From Anaerolineae bacterium (GTDB lineage: Bacteria; Chloroflexota; Anaerolineae; Anaerolineales; Villigracilaceae): a DNA stretch of 64,000 nucleotides. The DNA lies in assembly GCA_022013685.1 (NCBI GenBank), contig JAKLPV010000218.1, positions 5,213-69,212 on the forward strand, written 5' to 3'. Positions 26,747 through 35,783 of this stretch are shown here, piece after piece (positions within the stretch are counted from its first letter, which is position 1; every line of letters starts with the position of its first letter). The notes under the pieces are model-generated. The model saw only the letters and a program-made list of their open reading frames with translations, was not told the origin of the DNA and did not search any database. The translations under genes were made by a program, and so were the position numbers.

Positions 26747-27742
26747 ATGAAAAAGATTATCTTTACCATTATGGGGATTTTTGCGCTAACCCTGGGCGCC
26801 TGCGCCCCTCAGCCTGCTGCGGCCCCCGAAGCCGAGAGCCAGGCTAAGGCTGAGAGCGCATCGCTGCGCGTTTTGGCGGCCAACAGCTTCCTGGCCGATA
26901 TCGCCCAAAATGTGGCAGGAGACCGGGTAACGGTCGATTCGCTCATCCCGATTGGTCTGGATCCCCACGCCTTTGAACCGACCCCGCAAGATGTGGCGAA
27001 AATTGCCGACAGCCAGATGTTGATTATTAACGGGGCCGGGTTCGAGGAATGGATCGAGGAAACCATTTCAAACGCCGGCGGGAACACCAAAATTGTTGAG
27101 GCTTCTGCCGGGCTGGCCATGCGCGAAGCAAGTGAGGCCGAGCCCAGCCATGAGCATGAAGGAGAAGAAGCCGATGAGCACGAAGGTGAAGAACACGACG
27201 AGCATCATCACGAAGGCGACCCGCACTTCTGGCTCGACCCGAACCAGGTGATTGTATATGCCGAAAATATCCGCGACGGCTTGAGCGAGATCGACCCGGC
27301 AGGCAAAGACACTTACGCCAAAAACGCCGCCGGCTACATCGGGCAATTGCGCGAACTGGACACATGGATCCGCGCACAGGTCGAACAAATCCCGGTGGAG
27401 CGGCGCGTATTGGTCACCGACCACGACACCCTGGGCTATTTCGCCGAGCAGTACGGATTCAGCGTGACCGGGGCAATCATTCCCAGTTTCAGCAGCGGGG
27501 CCAGCCCCAGCGCCCAGGAACTGGCCGGATTGATCGACCAAATCAACGATACCGGCGCGCCAGCCATCTTCCTGGATGTGGCCGCCAACCCGAAGCTGGC
27601 GGAGCAAATTGCCGCCGAAACCGGCGTAACTGTGGTTGCTGACCTGCACACCCACTCAGTGACCGCGGCAGGCGGCCCGGCCGCGACTTACATCGAGATG
27701 ATGCGTCATAATACCCTGCGGATCGTGAACGCGCTGAAATAA
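26747..27742 (+). CDS. znuA: metal ABC transporter substrate-binding lipoprotein (ZnuA/TroA family)
   Basis: Lipobox LTLGAC. A His/Glu/Asp-rich loop EPSHEHEGEEADEHEGEEHDEHHHEGDPHFWLDP is characteristic of ZnuA. Confidence 0.9.
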   Translation: MKKIIFTIMGIFALTLGACAPQPAAAPEAESQAKAESASLRVLAANSFLADIAQNVAGDRVTVDSLIPIGLDPHAFEPTPQDVAKIADSQMLIINGAGFEEWIEETISNAGGNTKIVEASAGLAMREASEAEPSHEHEGEEADEHEGEEHDEHHHEGDPHFWLDPNQVIVYAENIRDGLSEIDPAGKDTYAKNAAGYIGQLRELDTWIRAQVEQIPVERRVLVTDHDTLGYFAEQYGFSVTGAIIPSFSSGASPSAQELAGLIDQINDTGAPAIFLDVAANPKLAEQIAAETGVTVVADLHTHSVTAAGGPAATYIEMMRHNTLRIVNALK

Positions 27743-27764
27743 ATTTTATTAGCCAGAACGGGTA

Positions 27765-27806
27765 AAATACAAATCAGGTGCTATTTGAAGCACCTGATTT
27801 GTATTT
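27765..27806 (+). terminator. 18-bp stem-loop after znuA (terminator candidate)
   Basis: AAATACAAATCAGGTGCT/AGCACCTGATTTGTATTT with a 6-nt loop. Confidence 0.55.
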
Positions 27807-27824
27807 CCATAGGAGAAAAGAAAT

Positions 27825-28526
27825 ATGCAAAAATCTTACCAATATTACGACATCGTAATGGTATTCTTTGTGACCGTCCTGGTCGTCAGCAATGTTGCCT
27901 CTTCTGCAAAAATCGTTGACCTGCGCATGAGCTTCTTTGGCTTTGCCCTGGCTTTCGACGCCGGGACGATCCTTTTCCCGCTCGGCTACATTTTTGGCGA
28001 CATCCTGACCGAAGTTTACGGATTCAAGCGCTCGCGGCGGGTAATATGGATGGGTTTTTTTGCGCTGGCGCTCTCGGCGGCGGTCTTCTGGCTGGTCAGC
28101 ATATTGCCGGGCGAGGCCACGTGGCAGGAATACGCCGGAGACGCCGCTTATCTGGCCATCCTGGGCGGGATGTCGAGCGGCGGGATCGTACTCGGCTCAC
28201 TGGCCGGTTACTGGACGGGGGAATTTTCAAACGCGGTGGTGCTGGCAAAGATGAAGGTCTGGACTCAGGGCCGCCACCTGTGGATGCGCACCATCGGCAG
28301 TACGCTGATCGGCCAGATGGTGGATACGGTCGCTTTTGTGCTTGTTGCGACACTGTTTGGCGTTTTCCCCTGGAGCCTGTTTGTGGTGCTGGTAGTTACC
28401 AATTACCTGTTCAAGGTGGCGGTCGAAGCCCTGATGACCCCCGTCACATATGGGCTGGTGAACTTCTTGAAAAAGGCCGAGAATGAGGATGTGTATGACC
28501 GGGAGACGAGTTTCAGGCCGTTTTAG
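27825..28526 (+). CDS. yhhQ: queuosine precursor transporter (YhhQ/DUF165 family)
   Basis: VSNV.S.K......F....DAGT.LFPL.YIFGDILTEVYG pattern; 233 aa; multi-pass membrane protein. Confidence 0.85.
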   Translation: MQKSYQYYDIVMVFFVTVLVVSNVASSAKIVDLRMSFFGFALAFDAGTILFPLGYIFGDILTEVYGFKRSRRVIWMGFFALALSAAVFWLVSILPGEATWQEYAGDAAYLAILGGMSSGGIVLGSLAGYWTGEFSNAVVLAKMKVWTQGRHLWMRTIGSTLIGQMVDTVAFVLVATLFGVFPWSLFVVLVVTNYLFKVAVEALMTPVTYGLVNFLKKAENEDVYDRETSFRPF

Positions 28527-28542
28527 GTGACTTCAAGCCACC

Positions 28543-28587
28543 CCTCGACTGTACTCCTCGTTGCACTCGTCGTTCCGCTCAGGGCTT
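28543..28587 (+). repeat. Split repeat CCTCGACT-N23-TCCGCTCAGGGCTT at a convergent gene junction
   Basis: The 14-mer is identical to, and the 23-nt spacing the same as, the copy at 4391-4435. Confidence 0.6.
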
Positions 28588-28593
28588 GGGAGT

Positions 28594-31500
28594 TTAAGTC
28601 AGCAATCTCGTATTGATTTCCTGTACGTCGGTCTGGTAACGCACAAGATCGTCGCGCAAACGTTCAGCTTCATTTGCATAGCGCAGGCGGCGGGCCAAGA
28701 AGGCAAATTCTTCACTGCCGTAGGCCGGGACATTGACATCCTTGGCGTTGCCGCGCACAACGCGCATCGAATCGATCAGCCAGCGCAGGAAGGTATGGGC
28801 CTTGTGCAGGCGGGTGTAGTCATCATCGTTCAATATCCCGGCGTGGTGCATGGCGTCCATGCACTGGCGGATGTTGGGTTGGCGCAGGGTGGCATCTGAA
28901 GCGCCATGCGTGATTTGCAAGCCCTGGATCAAGTACTCGATATCGACCAGCCCGCCGGGGCTATATTTGGCATTGAAAGTCCCGGCCGAGACGAGGTGAC
29001 GCACCTGGCGCTCACGCATGGCGCGCATGGCGGTCACGTCAAAAGGGATGCCCGTATAGACGAAAGAATCGCGCAGGGCGCAGGCTTGCGCTCCGAGGAT
29101 CGGGTCGCCAGCAATGGGGCGCATCTTGACCAGAGCCTGGCGCTCATAGGCCCAGGCCGGGCCTTCGGATGCGTAATAGCGGCGAAATGAATCCAGCGAA
29201 ACGGCCATGCTTCCGGCCTTGCCATAGGGACGCAGTTGCAAATCGACCTGGAAAATTCCTTCCTGGCGGGCCTGGATGGCCGCCAGAAAATCACGCACAA
29301 CCCGTTCATGGAATTCAGAAGTCGGGATTGTTTGCAATCCATCCGTCTGACCTTCTTCGTCGTACAGGAACATCAGCTCGATATCGGAGGCGAAGCCCAA
29401 CTCGCGCCCGCCGCACTTGCCGAGGGCCAGCACACTCATCTGCGAAACGGTCCCGTCAGGGCGGCGTGGATGTCCGTGCAGACTGCGCAAGTCTTCAGCG
29501 CACAAGTAATAAGCGTTGTTGACGATCACTTCGGTCAGATCAGTCAGTTCGGCGGAGAAATCCCAGAATTCACGAGTATGGCCGAGCAAGTGGCGCATGT
29601 CGAGGCGGAACATTTCGCGGTCTTTGAAATCATTGAGCACCCTGCGCCAGGGAGCATCTTCGTGTGGGGGCTGCGGGCCAAGATGAACCGGCTTGAGGGC
29701 TTCTTCCAGCTCGAACTGCAATTGCTGGCGCGATTTGGCGGTATCCAGGGCGGTCAGGTCGGAGACGACAGGGAAAAGATTTGTGTACTGCATTCGCAGG
29801 AAATCATCCCACAGGAAATCGCTAACACCCAGTAAATGAGCCAGGTTGCCGAGCACTTCGGGGCGTTCGATGGAGGCCAGTTCGTCGGGCCAGTTGGGGC
29901 GCTCGAAGAGTTTTTCGATAAATTCGCGGAAGTGCAGCAGGGCCGAAGCCGGGTTGGGGCAACGCGGCAGCAGGTGGGTGAAATGCTTGATCAGGACAGC
30001 AGCGGTGCGCAATTCACGTTGCTTCTGGTAAGAGGTAATCTTGTGCCCATCCTTATCGGTGACAAAGAGCAGGTCATTAACCCGGCTGCCGTGCGACTGC
30101 ACCACCATGCGGGCGATATAGGTGCGAGTTAACGAAAGAGCGTTGGTAAATTCGTACAGGAAGCCGATGGTGTCGGGGGCATCCAGATGCAGGGTGGTGT
30201 AACGCGTCGAAGTACGGTTGTCGATTTTGATTTCAATGGGATAGAGCGGCTCGGCAGTTGCCAAGATTTTCTGAAAAGTGGCCCCAACCCGCTTTGCCAG
30301 TTCGCTGCGCGCTTCGCGGCGTTTTCCGCTGTGCATCAGGCCCAGCAAGGCAGACAGGTCATCAGTATAGCGCAGCCAGGTTTCGGCTTCAGGCTTCGGG
30401 CCGATCGGTTGAACAGTAAACACGTCCACAATTTTGCGCGAGGCTGAGGGTGGAGTCGCATCTGTTAAAGGGCGTGACGAGCTGCGGGTGGTGGCGCGTT
30501 CCAGCACTTCGTAGGTAAAGATTTCACCAGCCTGGATATCCAGCCCGTAGACGAAGAACAATCCACAAATCAACGAAAGTTCCCCAAGATAATCATAAGC
30601 AACTATCGTCACCTGCCAGCGCTGGTCATCGAGCGGGCGGGCTTCGAGGCGCACCAGATTTTCGTTATCGAGCGACTCGGCCATCAGGGCGTGTTTCTGG
30701 ATTTCTTCAGAGCTAAAAATGTTGGCATATTCGGCATCCAGGCGCGCCAGATGCTTTTGGACTATCGGGTTGGGGGCTTCTTCAGCCGGCTGGGGGGCTG
30801 GGACCGCTTCAATACCACCGACGTATTTGGCGTAAATGACACGGATGGCTTGGCTGTGCTGCTCGTACCGCTGGATCATTTTCTCACGAGATTCGCTGGC
30901 CGAACCGCGAAAGCCGAGCCGCCGCGCCAAAAGTGTCAGCGCGCCAGGGTCGGTGGGCAGGGTGTAGGTCTGACGGTAGTGCATCATTTGCAGGAAGTGT
31001 TCAACGGTGCGCATAAAGATGTAGCCATCGGCAAGCGTGCGGCCTTCGGGGGCAGTCAGGTGGCAGAAGCGCACCAGGCGGGTGATGGCAACCAGGGTCG
31101 AGCGTTTGCGCAAGCGCGGATTTTCGCCATAAGCCAACTGCATAAACTGGACAGCAAACTCGACATCACGGATGGAGCCTTCGCCGAGTTTGACTTCGCC
31201 CCACTCGCGGCCTTTCTGGCGCAGGAGTTCTTCAGTGCGTTGTTTCATCGCATAGACGCTGGCGCGCACCGTTTCGGGGTTTTGACCGAAGATGACCGGC
31301 TCAATTTCACGGCGGAATTGCAGGCCAAGCTCGAAATCGCCTGCGATGGGGCGGCCTTTGATCAAGGCCTGTTTTTCCCACAGGCGGGCATTTTTGTTCA
31401 GATAATCAAGATAGCCTTCAAGGCTGCTGACCAGGCCGCCATCACGCCCCCAGGGACGCAGACGCATATCGACGCGATAAAGGAATCCTTCGGGAGTAAC

Positions 31501-32289
31501 GCTGGAAAGGGCTTCGATGAATTGCTGGCCGAGGCGCAGTTTTTCCGGCCCTGGCTCGCGGGCCAGGAAGAGCAGGTCGATATCGGAGCTGTAGTTAAGC
31601 TCGCGCCCGCCCAATTTGCCCATGGCAAGGACGACAAATCCGTCCGCTGCAACACCAGTACGGTCGCTTGCATAGGTCAGGCAGGCGCGCGCCATGCCGT
31701 CGGCCAGGGCTGAAAGTTGGGAGGTGACGGTCGGCAGGTCGTACAGGTCGAGCAGGTCGCAGGCGCCAATGCGCAGCAATTCACCGTGCTGGTAGCGGCG
31801 CAGGGAATCGAGTTCCGCGCCAGGGGCGGCCAGGGCGCGCATGGATTCCGCGCCTTCAGCTTCGTAAGTTTCAGCTTTTTTCAGGCGCGCCAGGGCTTCG
31901 CGGTCGGCCAGCAGGTCGAGGCGGCCCGGCGAACGCAGCAGAATCTCGGTCAGGAACTGACTACCCGCAAAAATAGTAACCAGAATCTCGAGCGCGCGCG
32001 GGTTTGCGGCCAACTTGGCAAAGATTTCGGTGGCCTGACCGTCACTGGCGAAGCGTTCCAGGTTGATCAGGGCCTGGTCGGGATCAGCACAAGAGGCCAG
32101 GCTGGCGAGCAGGTGCGGCAATAGTTCGCCTACAGCCAATGAGGCCTGCGGACTGGAGTCAGCCATGTGGCGCAGGCGGCGCAAACTGGCTTCACTGTTA
32201 CTGAATCCGAGTGTGTCGAGCAAGGCTTGCGCGGCAGATTCCGGGAAGTTGGGGCTGAGAAGTTGATCGGCGCGCAGGGAAGTTTCCAT
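28594..32289 (-). CDS. glnE: glutamine synthetase adenylyltransferase/adenylyl-removing enzyme (GlnE) with an internal double ACT-like insertion
   Basis: Two nucleotidyltransferase cores (GKLGGRELNYSSDIDLLFL, GKCGGRELGFASDIELMFL), each followed by RVD/VDLRLRP and a GlnE C-terminal-type helical domain. At 1231 aa it is ~250 aa longer than typical GlnE. Confidence 0.85.
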   Translation of the reverse strand: METSLRADQLLSPNFPESAAQALLDTLGFSNSEASLRRLRHMADSSPQASLAVGELLPHLLASLASCADPDQALINLERFASDGQATEIFAKLAANPRALEILVTIFAGSQFLTEILLRSPGRLDLLADREALARLKKAETYEAEGAESMRALAAPGAELDSLRRYQHGELLRIGACDLLDLYDLPTVTSQLSALADGMARACLTYASDRTGVAADGFVVLAMGKLGGRELNYSSDIDLLFLAREPGPEKLRLGQQFIEALSSVTPEGFLYRVDMRLRPWGRDGGLVSSLEGYLDYLNKNARLWEKQALIKGRPIAGDFELGLQFRREIEPVIFGQNPETVRASVYAMKQRTEELLRQKGREWGEVKLGEGSIRDVEFAVQFMQLAYGENPRLRKRSTLVAITRLVRFCHLTAPEGRTLADGYIFMRTVEHFLQMMHYRQTYTLPTDPGALTLLARRLGFRGSASESREKMIQRYEQHSQAIRVIYAKYVGGIEAVPAPQPAEEAPNPIVQKHLARLDAEYANIFSSEEIQKHALMAESLDNENLVRLEARPLDDQRWQVTIVAYDYLGELSLICGLFFVYGLDIQAGEIFTYEVLERATTRSSSRPLTDATPPSASRKIVDVFTVQPIGPKPEAETWLRYTDDLSALLGLMHSGKRREARSELAKRVGATFQKILATAEPLYPIEIKIDNRTSTRYTTLHLDAPDTIGFLYEFTNALSLTRTYIARMVVQSHGSRVNDLLFVTDKDGHKITSYQKQRELRTAAVLIKHFTHLLPRCPNPASALLHFREFIEKLFERPNWPDELASIERPEVLGNLAHLLGVSDFLWDDFLRMQYTNLFPVVSDLTALDTAKSRQQLQFELEEALKPVHLGPQPPHEDAPWRRVLNDFKDREMFRLDMRHLLGHTREFWDFSAELTDLTEVIVNNAYYLCAEDLRSLHGHPRRPDGTVSQMSVLALGKCGGRELGFASDIELMFLYDEEGQTDGLQTIPTSEFHERVVRDFLAAIQARQEGIFQVDLQLRPYGKAGSMAVSLDSFRRYYASEGPAWAYERQALVKMRPIAGDPILGAQACALRDSFVYTGIPFDVTAMRAMRERQVRHLVSAGTFNAKYSPGGLVDIEYLIQGLQITHGASDATLRQPNIRQCMDAMHHAGILNDDDYTRLHKAHTFLRWLIDSMRVVRGNAKDVNVPAYGSEEFAFLARRLRYANEAERLRDDLVRYQTDVQEINTRLLT

Positions 32290-32526
32290 AACAAAATTAT
32301 ACCGGATGCGCCTGGATAAAAGGACAGGAATATGAAGGAGTACCCATTTGGGTCATGGTCTGACGGCCTGTGCCATTTCTTATGGCCCGTTTGGGGGACA
32401 AATTACTACCAGAAAAAGAGTGCAACCCGCCTTAAATTCTCCATAAGGGTAGTTACACGGACGGTTCCCTGTATATACAATGCTGGCAGAAGATGCATAC
32501 ATTATTTTGAATAGGAAAGAACGAGC

Positions 32527-33828
32527 ATGGCAACCGCAATCCTGATTTTTTTTGTGGCTTACATCGCAATTGTGAGTGAGAAATTCCCCCGACATTGGGT
32601 CGCGCTTCTTGGCGGCTCGCTGCTGGTCGCATTTGGCGTGATGAGCATTGAAGATGCGCTCAACTACATCAGTTGGGAAACGATTGGGCTGCTGGCGGGA
32701 ATGTTCCTACTGATTTCAATTTTGCAGGAAGGCGGTTTTTTTTCCTGGCTGGCGATGACTGCGGTGCGCAAGGTCAACTATCACCCTTCAGCTTTATTTG
32801 TGGTGCTGATACTGATGGCCGCCTTTTTGGCAGCGTTTATGGACAGTATTACTGTGATGTTGTTCCTTGCCGCCCTGACAGTGCAGCTCTGCCGTTTGCT
32901 CAGCCTTGACCCGGTTCCATTGATCATCGCCGAAGTCTGCGCGGCGAACACCGGCGGCGCAGCGACTCTGGTAGGCGACCCTCCCAATGTGATCCTGGGT
33001 ACTACCCTGGGATTCAGCTTTGCCGATTTTGTAACCCACACCGGCCCGATCGCCCTGATTGGCGCATTGGTTTTGTTGAGCGTTTTTTATCTGATAAATC
33101 GCAAGGCGTTAAAAAATGCGCATATAGCCCTAACACCCGAAACAATCGCTGAAATTGAGCAGTTGCAAAGCGAACCATTACACGCTCACCTGACCCGCGT
33201 CGGCCTGACCGGTTTCCTGATGGCAGTCTTCCTGCTGGTCTTTCACATCCCACTCAGCGAGTGGAGCGGCCTGCCTATCACCGCCGCTGTCGCGGCGCTT
33301 ATCCCTGCCGGGCTGGCCGTCATCGCCCTGCGCGACGACCAGCGTAAAAAAGCCATCCTGCGCGTGGATGGCGAAAGCATCCTGTTCTTTGTGGGCCTGT
33401 TTATGTTGATCGGCGGCCTGGAGAAGGTTCATCTTTTCGAAATACTTGCGGGCGCATTGTCCGGGATTGCCTCCTCACCCGAAAGCCTGGTCATAGCCCT
33501 GCACTGGGGGCCGGGATTGTTGAGCGGCGTGCTGGATAATGTGCCGCTGGCCCTGGCAATGAGCTATGTCCTGAAAGATCTGGCCGCCATGCCGGCCATG
33601 CCCGCTCTCTCACTGATGGTCTGGTCGCTGGCCCTGGGTGTAGATATCGGGGGGAACATAACCCCCATCGGCGCTTCTGCCAATGTTGTTGCCTATGCCT
33701 ACATGGAGCACAATCACGGCAGTGTGGGTTGGAAACGTTGGTTGTTGATCGCCGGCCCGCCTAGCATTTTAGTCATGATCATTGCTTCGTTGTTGATTTT
33801 ACTAAAAGGCCAAATCGGGTGGTACTAA
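32527..33828 (+). CDS. ArsB/NhaD (SLC13-like) permease family protein
   Basis: 433 aa, ~11-12 TM helices, GGAATLVGDPPNVI motif. Confidence 0.8.
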   Translation: MATAILIFFVAYIAIVSEKFPRHWVALLGGSLLVAFGVMSIEDALNYISWETIGLLAGMFLLISILQEGGFFSWLAMTAVRKVNYHPSALFVVLILMAAFLAAFMDSITVMLFLAALTVQLCRLLSLDPVPLIIAEVCAANTGGAATLVGDPPNVILGTTLGFSFADFVTHTGPIALIGALVLLSVFYLINRKALKNAHIALTPETIAEIEQLQSEPLHAHLTRVGLTGFLMAVFLLVFHIPLSEWSGLPITAAVAALIPAGLAVIALRDDQRKKAILRVDGESILFFVGLFMLIGGLEKVHLFEILAGALSGIASSPESLVIALHWGPGLLSGVLDNVPLALAMSYVLKDLAAMPAMPALSLMVWSLALGVDIGGNITPIGASANVVAYAYMEHNHGSVGWKRWLLIAGPPSILVMIIASLLILLKGQIGWY

Positions 33829-34069
33829 CCCATTTGGGTCAAAAAAAGGTAAACGCCGTCATTTTAGAACAAAATCCGGCTCAAAAATTGTCCATACGGG
33901 TAATGGTTTAAAAAAACCCATCCGCATAGAATGTCATAAGTGTTGAACGCAGATGCGCGGGCGTTGTATTGCATCCCTGGCCTGCCAAGCCTCCTTCTGC
34001 CGCGACTCCCGCGCCTGCGTTGACACCTTCAATTACAACCAACTTTGTTTCACAAAGGAGAGAGAAAAA

Positions 34070-35467
34070 ATGAAAACCTTTGCATTAAGCTCCATCAAAT
34101 GGCTGCGCTGGGTGATTGTGCCCGCGCTCGCATCTACAGCCTTGCTGGCGTTCACCAGTCCGGCTTTTGCCCAATCCCCCGATCCCGATGCTATCGGGGA
34201 ACTGATCCGCGGGTTGAATACCCTGTGGGTCATCATCGCCTCTGCGCTGGTGTTCTTCATGCAGGCCGGTTTCGCCATGCTCGAATCTGGCCTTACTCGC
34301 GCCAAGAACACCACAAATATCTTTTTCAAAAATGTGATTGACTTCGTGTTCGCCAGCCTGGCCTTCTGGGCCTTTGGGTATGCTTTCATGTTCGGGGCAA
34401 GCGCTGGCGGATTCATCGGCACAACCGGCTTTTTCGTCAGCGGTGGTGAAGATGTTGCCGGCCTGCCTCTGTTGGCCTTCTGGTTCTTCCAACTGGTCTT
34501 TGCCGGTACTGCGGCCACCATCGTTTCGGGGGCCATGTCCGAACGCACCCGCTTCACGGCTTACCTGGTCTATAGTTTCGTGATTTCTGCGGTTGTGTAC
34601 CCGATTGCCGGTCACTGGATGTGGGGCGGCGGCTGGCTCTCGACACTGCCTTTCGGCGCCGGATTCAAGGATTTCGCTGGCTCAACCGTGGTCCACAGTG
34701 TTGGTGGCTGGATGGCCTTGATCGGCGCGATGGCGCTTGGACCGCGCCTGGGTCGCTTTGGCAAAGACGGTAAAGCCACAGCCATTCCCGGTCACTCGGC
34801 TCCCTTTGCTGTCCTGGGTGTCTTCATCCTGTGGTTGGGTTGGTTCGGTTTCAATCCCGGCAGCCAGCTGGCGATCAATGGCGCAAACGCTGACGCCGTC
34901 GCCCTGATTGCGGTCAACACCAATCTGGCGGCAGCTGCCGGCGGCCTGGTTGCCATGCTGCTCAGCTGGGCCTTTGTCACCAAAAAGCCTGACCTGGGCA
35001 CCGCCCTGAACGGCGTCCTGGCCGGCCTGGTCGCCATCACCGCGCCCTGCGCCTGGGTCACCCCTGCTGCATCCATCGTTATCGGCGTTATTGGCGCAGT
35101 GATCGTGGTTTACGGCGCCCTGCTGCTCGAAAAACTCAAAATCGACGATCCCGTTTCCGCCGTCCCGGTTCACTTGATGAACGGTGTCTGGGGTACGCTG
35201 GCGGTCGGCATCTTCGCAACCGAAAACGGCGTGACCGGCCTGATCGCAGGAAACGGCGGACAATTTGTCGCCCAACTGATCGGTGTGCTGGTTGTCGGCG
35301 CCTGGTGCCTGGTTACCGGTTACGTACTCTTCTTCGGCGTCTTGAAAGGCCTGGTTGGCCTGCGCGTCTCCCAAGACGAAGAACTCAAAGGCCTGGATAT
35401 GCCCGAACACGGCACCGAAGCCTACCCTGGCGATGCAGTTCCACAAGGGTCTTTCGCAGGGGACTAA
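34070..35467 (+). CDS. amt: ammonium transporter
   Basis: FVFFMQAGFAMLE, DFAGSTVVH and VHLMNGVWG motifs; signal peptide; AAAGGAGAG ribosome-binding site before ATG 34070. Confidence 0.93.
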   Translation: MKTFALSSIKWLRWVIVPALASTALLAFTSPAFAQSPDPDAIGELIRGLNTLWVIIASALVFFMQAGFAMLESGLTRAKNTTNIFFKNVIDFVFASLAFWAFGYAFMFGASAGGFIGTTGFFVSGGEDVAGLPLLAFWFFQLVFAGTAATIVSGAMSERTRFTAYLVYSFVISAVVYPIAGHWMWGGGWLSTLPFGAGFKDFAGSTVVHSVGGWMALIGAMALGPRLGRFGKDGKATAIPGHSAPFAVLGVFILWLGWFGFNPGSQLAINGANADAVALIAVNTNLAAAAGGLVAMLLSWAFVTKKPDLGTALNGVLAGLVAITAPCAWVTPAASIVIGVIGAVIVVYGALLLEKLKIDDPVSAVPVHLMNGVWGTLAVGIFATENGVTGLIAGNGGQFVAQLIGVLVVGAWCLVTGYVLFFGVLKGLVGLRVSQDEELKGLDMPEHGTEAYPGDAVPQGSFAGD

Positions 35468-35486
35468 GTTAAATTCATTCTGAGAA

Positions 35487-35530
35487 GGCAGGATAACTGT
35501 TTTGCGGACAGTTATCCTGCCAATTTCTTT
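35487..35530 (+). terminator. Intrinsic terminator after amt
   Basis: 14-bp stem GGCAGGATAACTGT/ACAGTTATCCTGCC followed by AATTTCTTT. Confidence 0.65.
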
Positions 35531-35549
35531 GATTAATGCAGGAAAACCC

Positions 35550-35783
35550 ATGCATTCCGAAACCACATCAGCTATTTCACCTGCCGTATTAATCTACCTT
35601 GGCATGGGCGCAATGACCGCCAAAATCATGCTCGAAGGCAGCAACCCGCGAGGAAAACCGGCCATTGACTGGCTGCGTTACCTTGTCCAAGCTGCCAGCA
35701 TCACCCTGTTATGGCCCTTATTCCTTTTTATAGAAAAATTTGAAAGTTGGTTAAAATCCTCCAACGAGGAGACAACCCCATGA
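35550..35783 (+). CDS. small hypothetical membrane protein
   Basis: Two hydrophobic segments; its end overlaps the start of the permease gene; ribosome-binding site is weak. Confidence 0.35.
   Translation: MHSETTSAISPAVLIYLGMGAMTAKIMLEGSNPRGKPAIDWLRYLVQAASITLLWPLFLFIEKFESWLKSSNEETTP

Noticed and set aside
27743-27824. A preQ1 riboswitch upstream of yhhQ, a gene often controlled by one.
   Set aside because: The only structure is an 18-bp perfect hairpin. It lacks the short P1 stem, the C-containing loop and the A-rich tail of preQ1-I or preQ1-II, so it fits a znuA terminator better.
32332-32514. A 60-aa ORF in the glnE/permease intergenic region.
   Set aside because: No recognisable motif, atypical composition, and probably just part of a 237-nt divergent regulatory region.
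32342-33841. An exact 14-nt direct repeat ACCCATTTGGGTCA flanking the ArsB/NhaD permease gene (32342-32355 and 33828-33841), possibly a regulatory site or insertion scar.
   Set aside because: A single 14-mer match within ~1.5 kb is roughly what chance allows somewhere in 64 kb, and there is no additional supporting similarity around either copy.
33953-34069. Upstream extensions of several ORF-track entries. Examples: amt from 33953, WD40 from 17471, tdk to 56376, rplU to 57671, csp to 49176, envelope protein from 14092.
   Set aside because: Internal ATG codons with good ribosome-binding sites and family-typical N-termini or signal peptides lie downstream. The extensions cross terminators, repeats or neighbouring genes.
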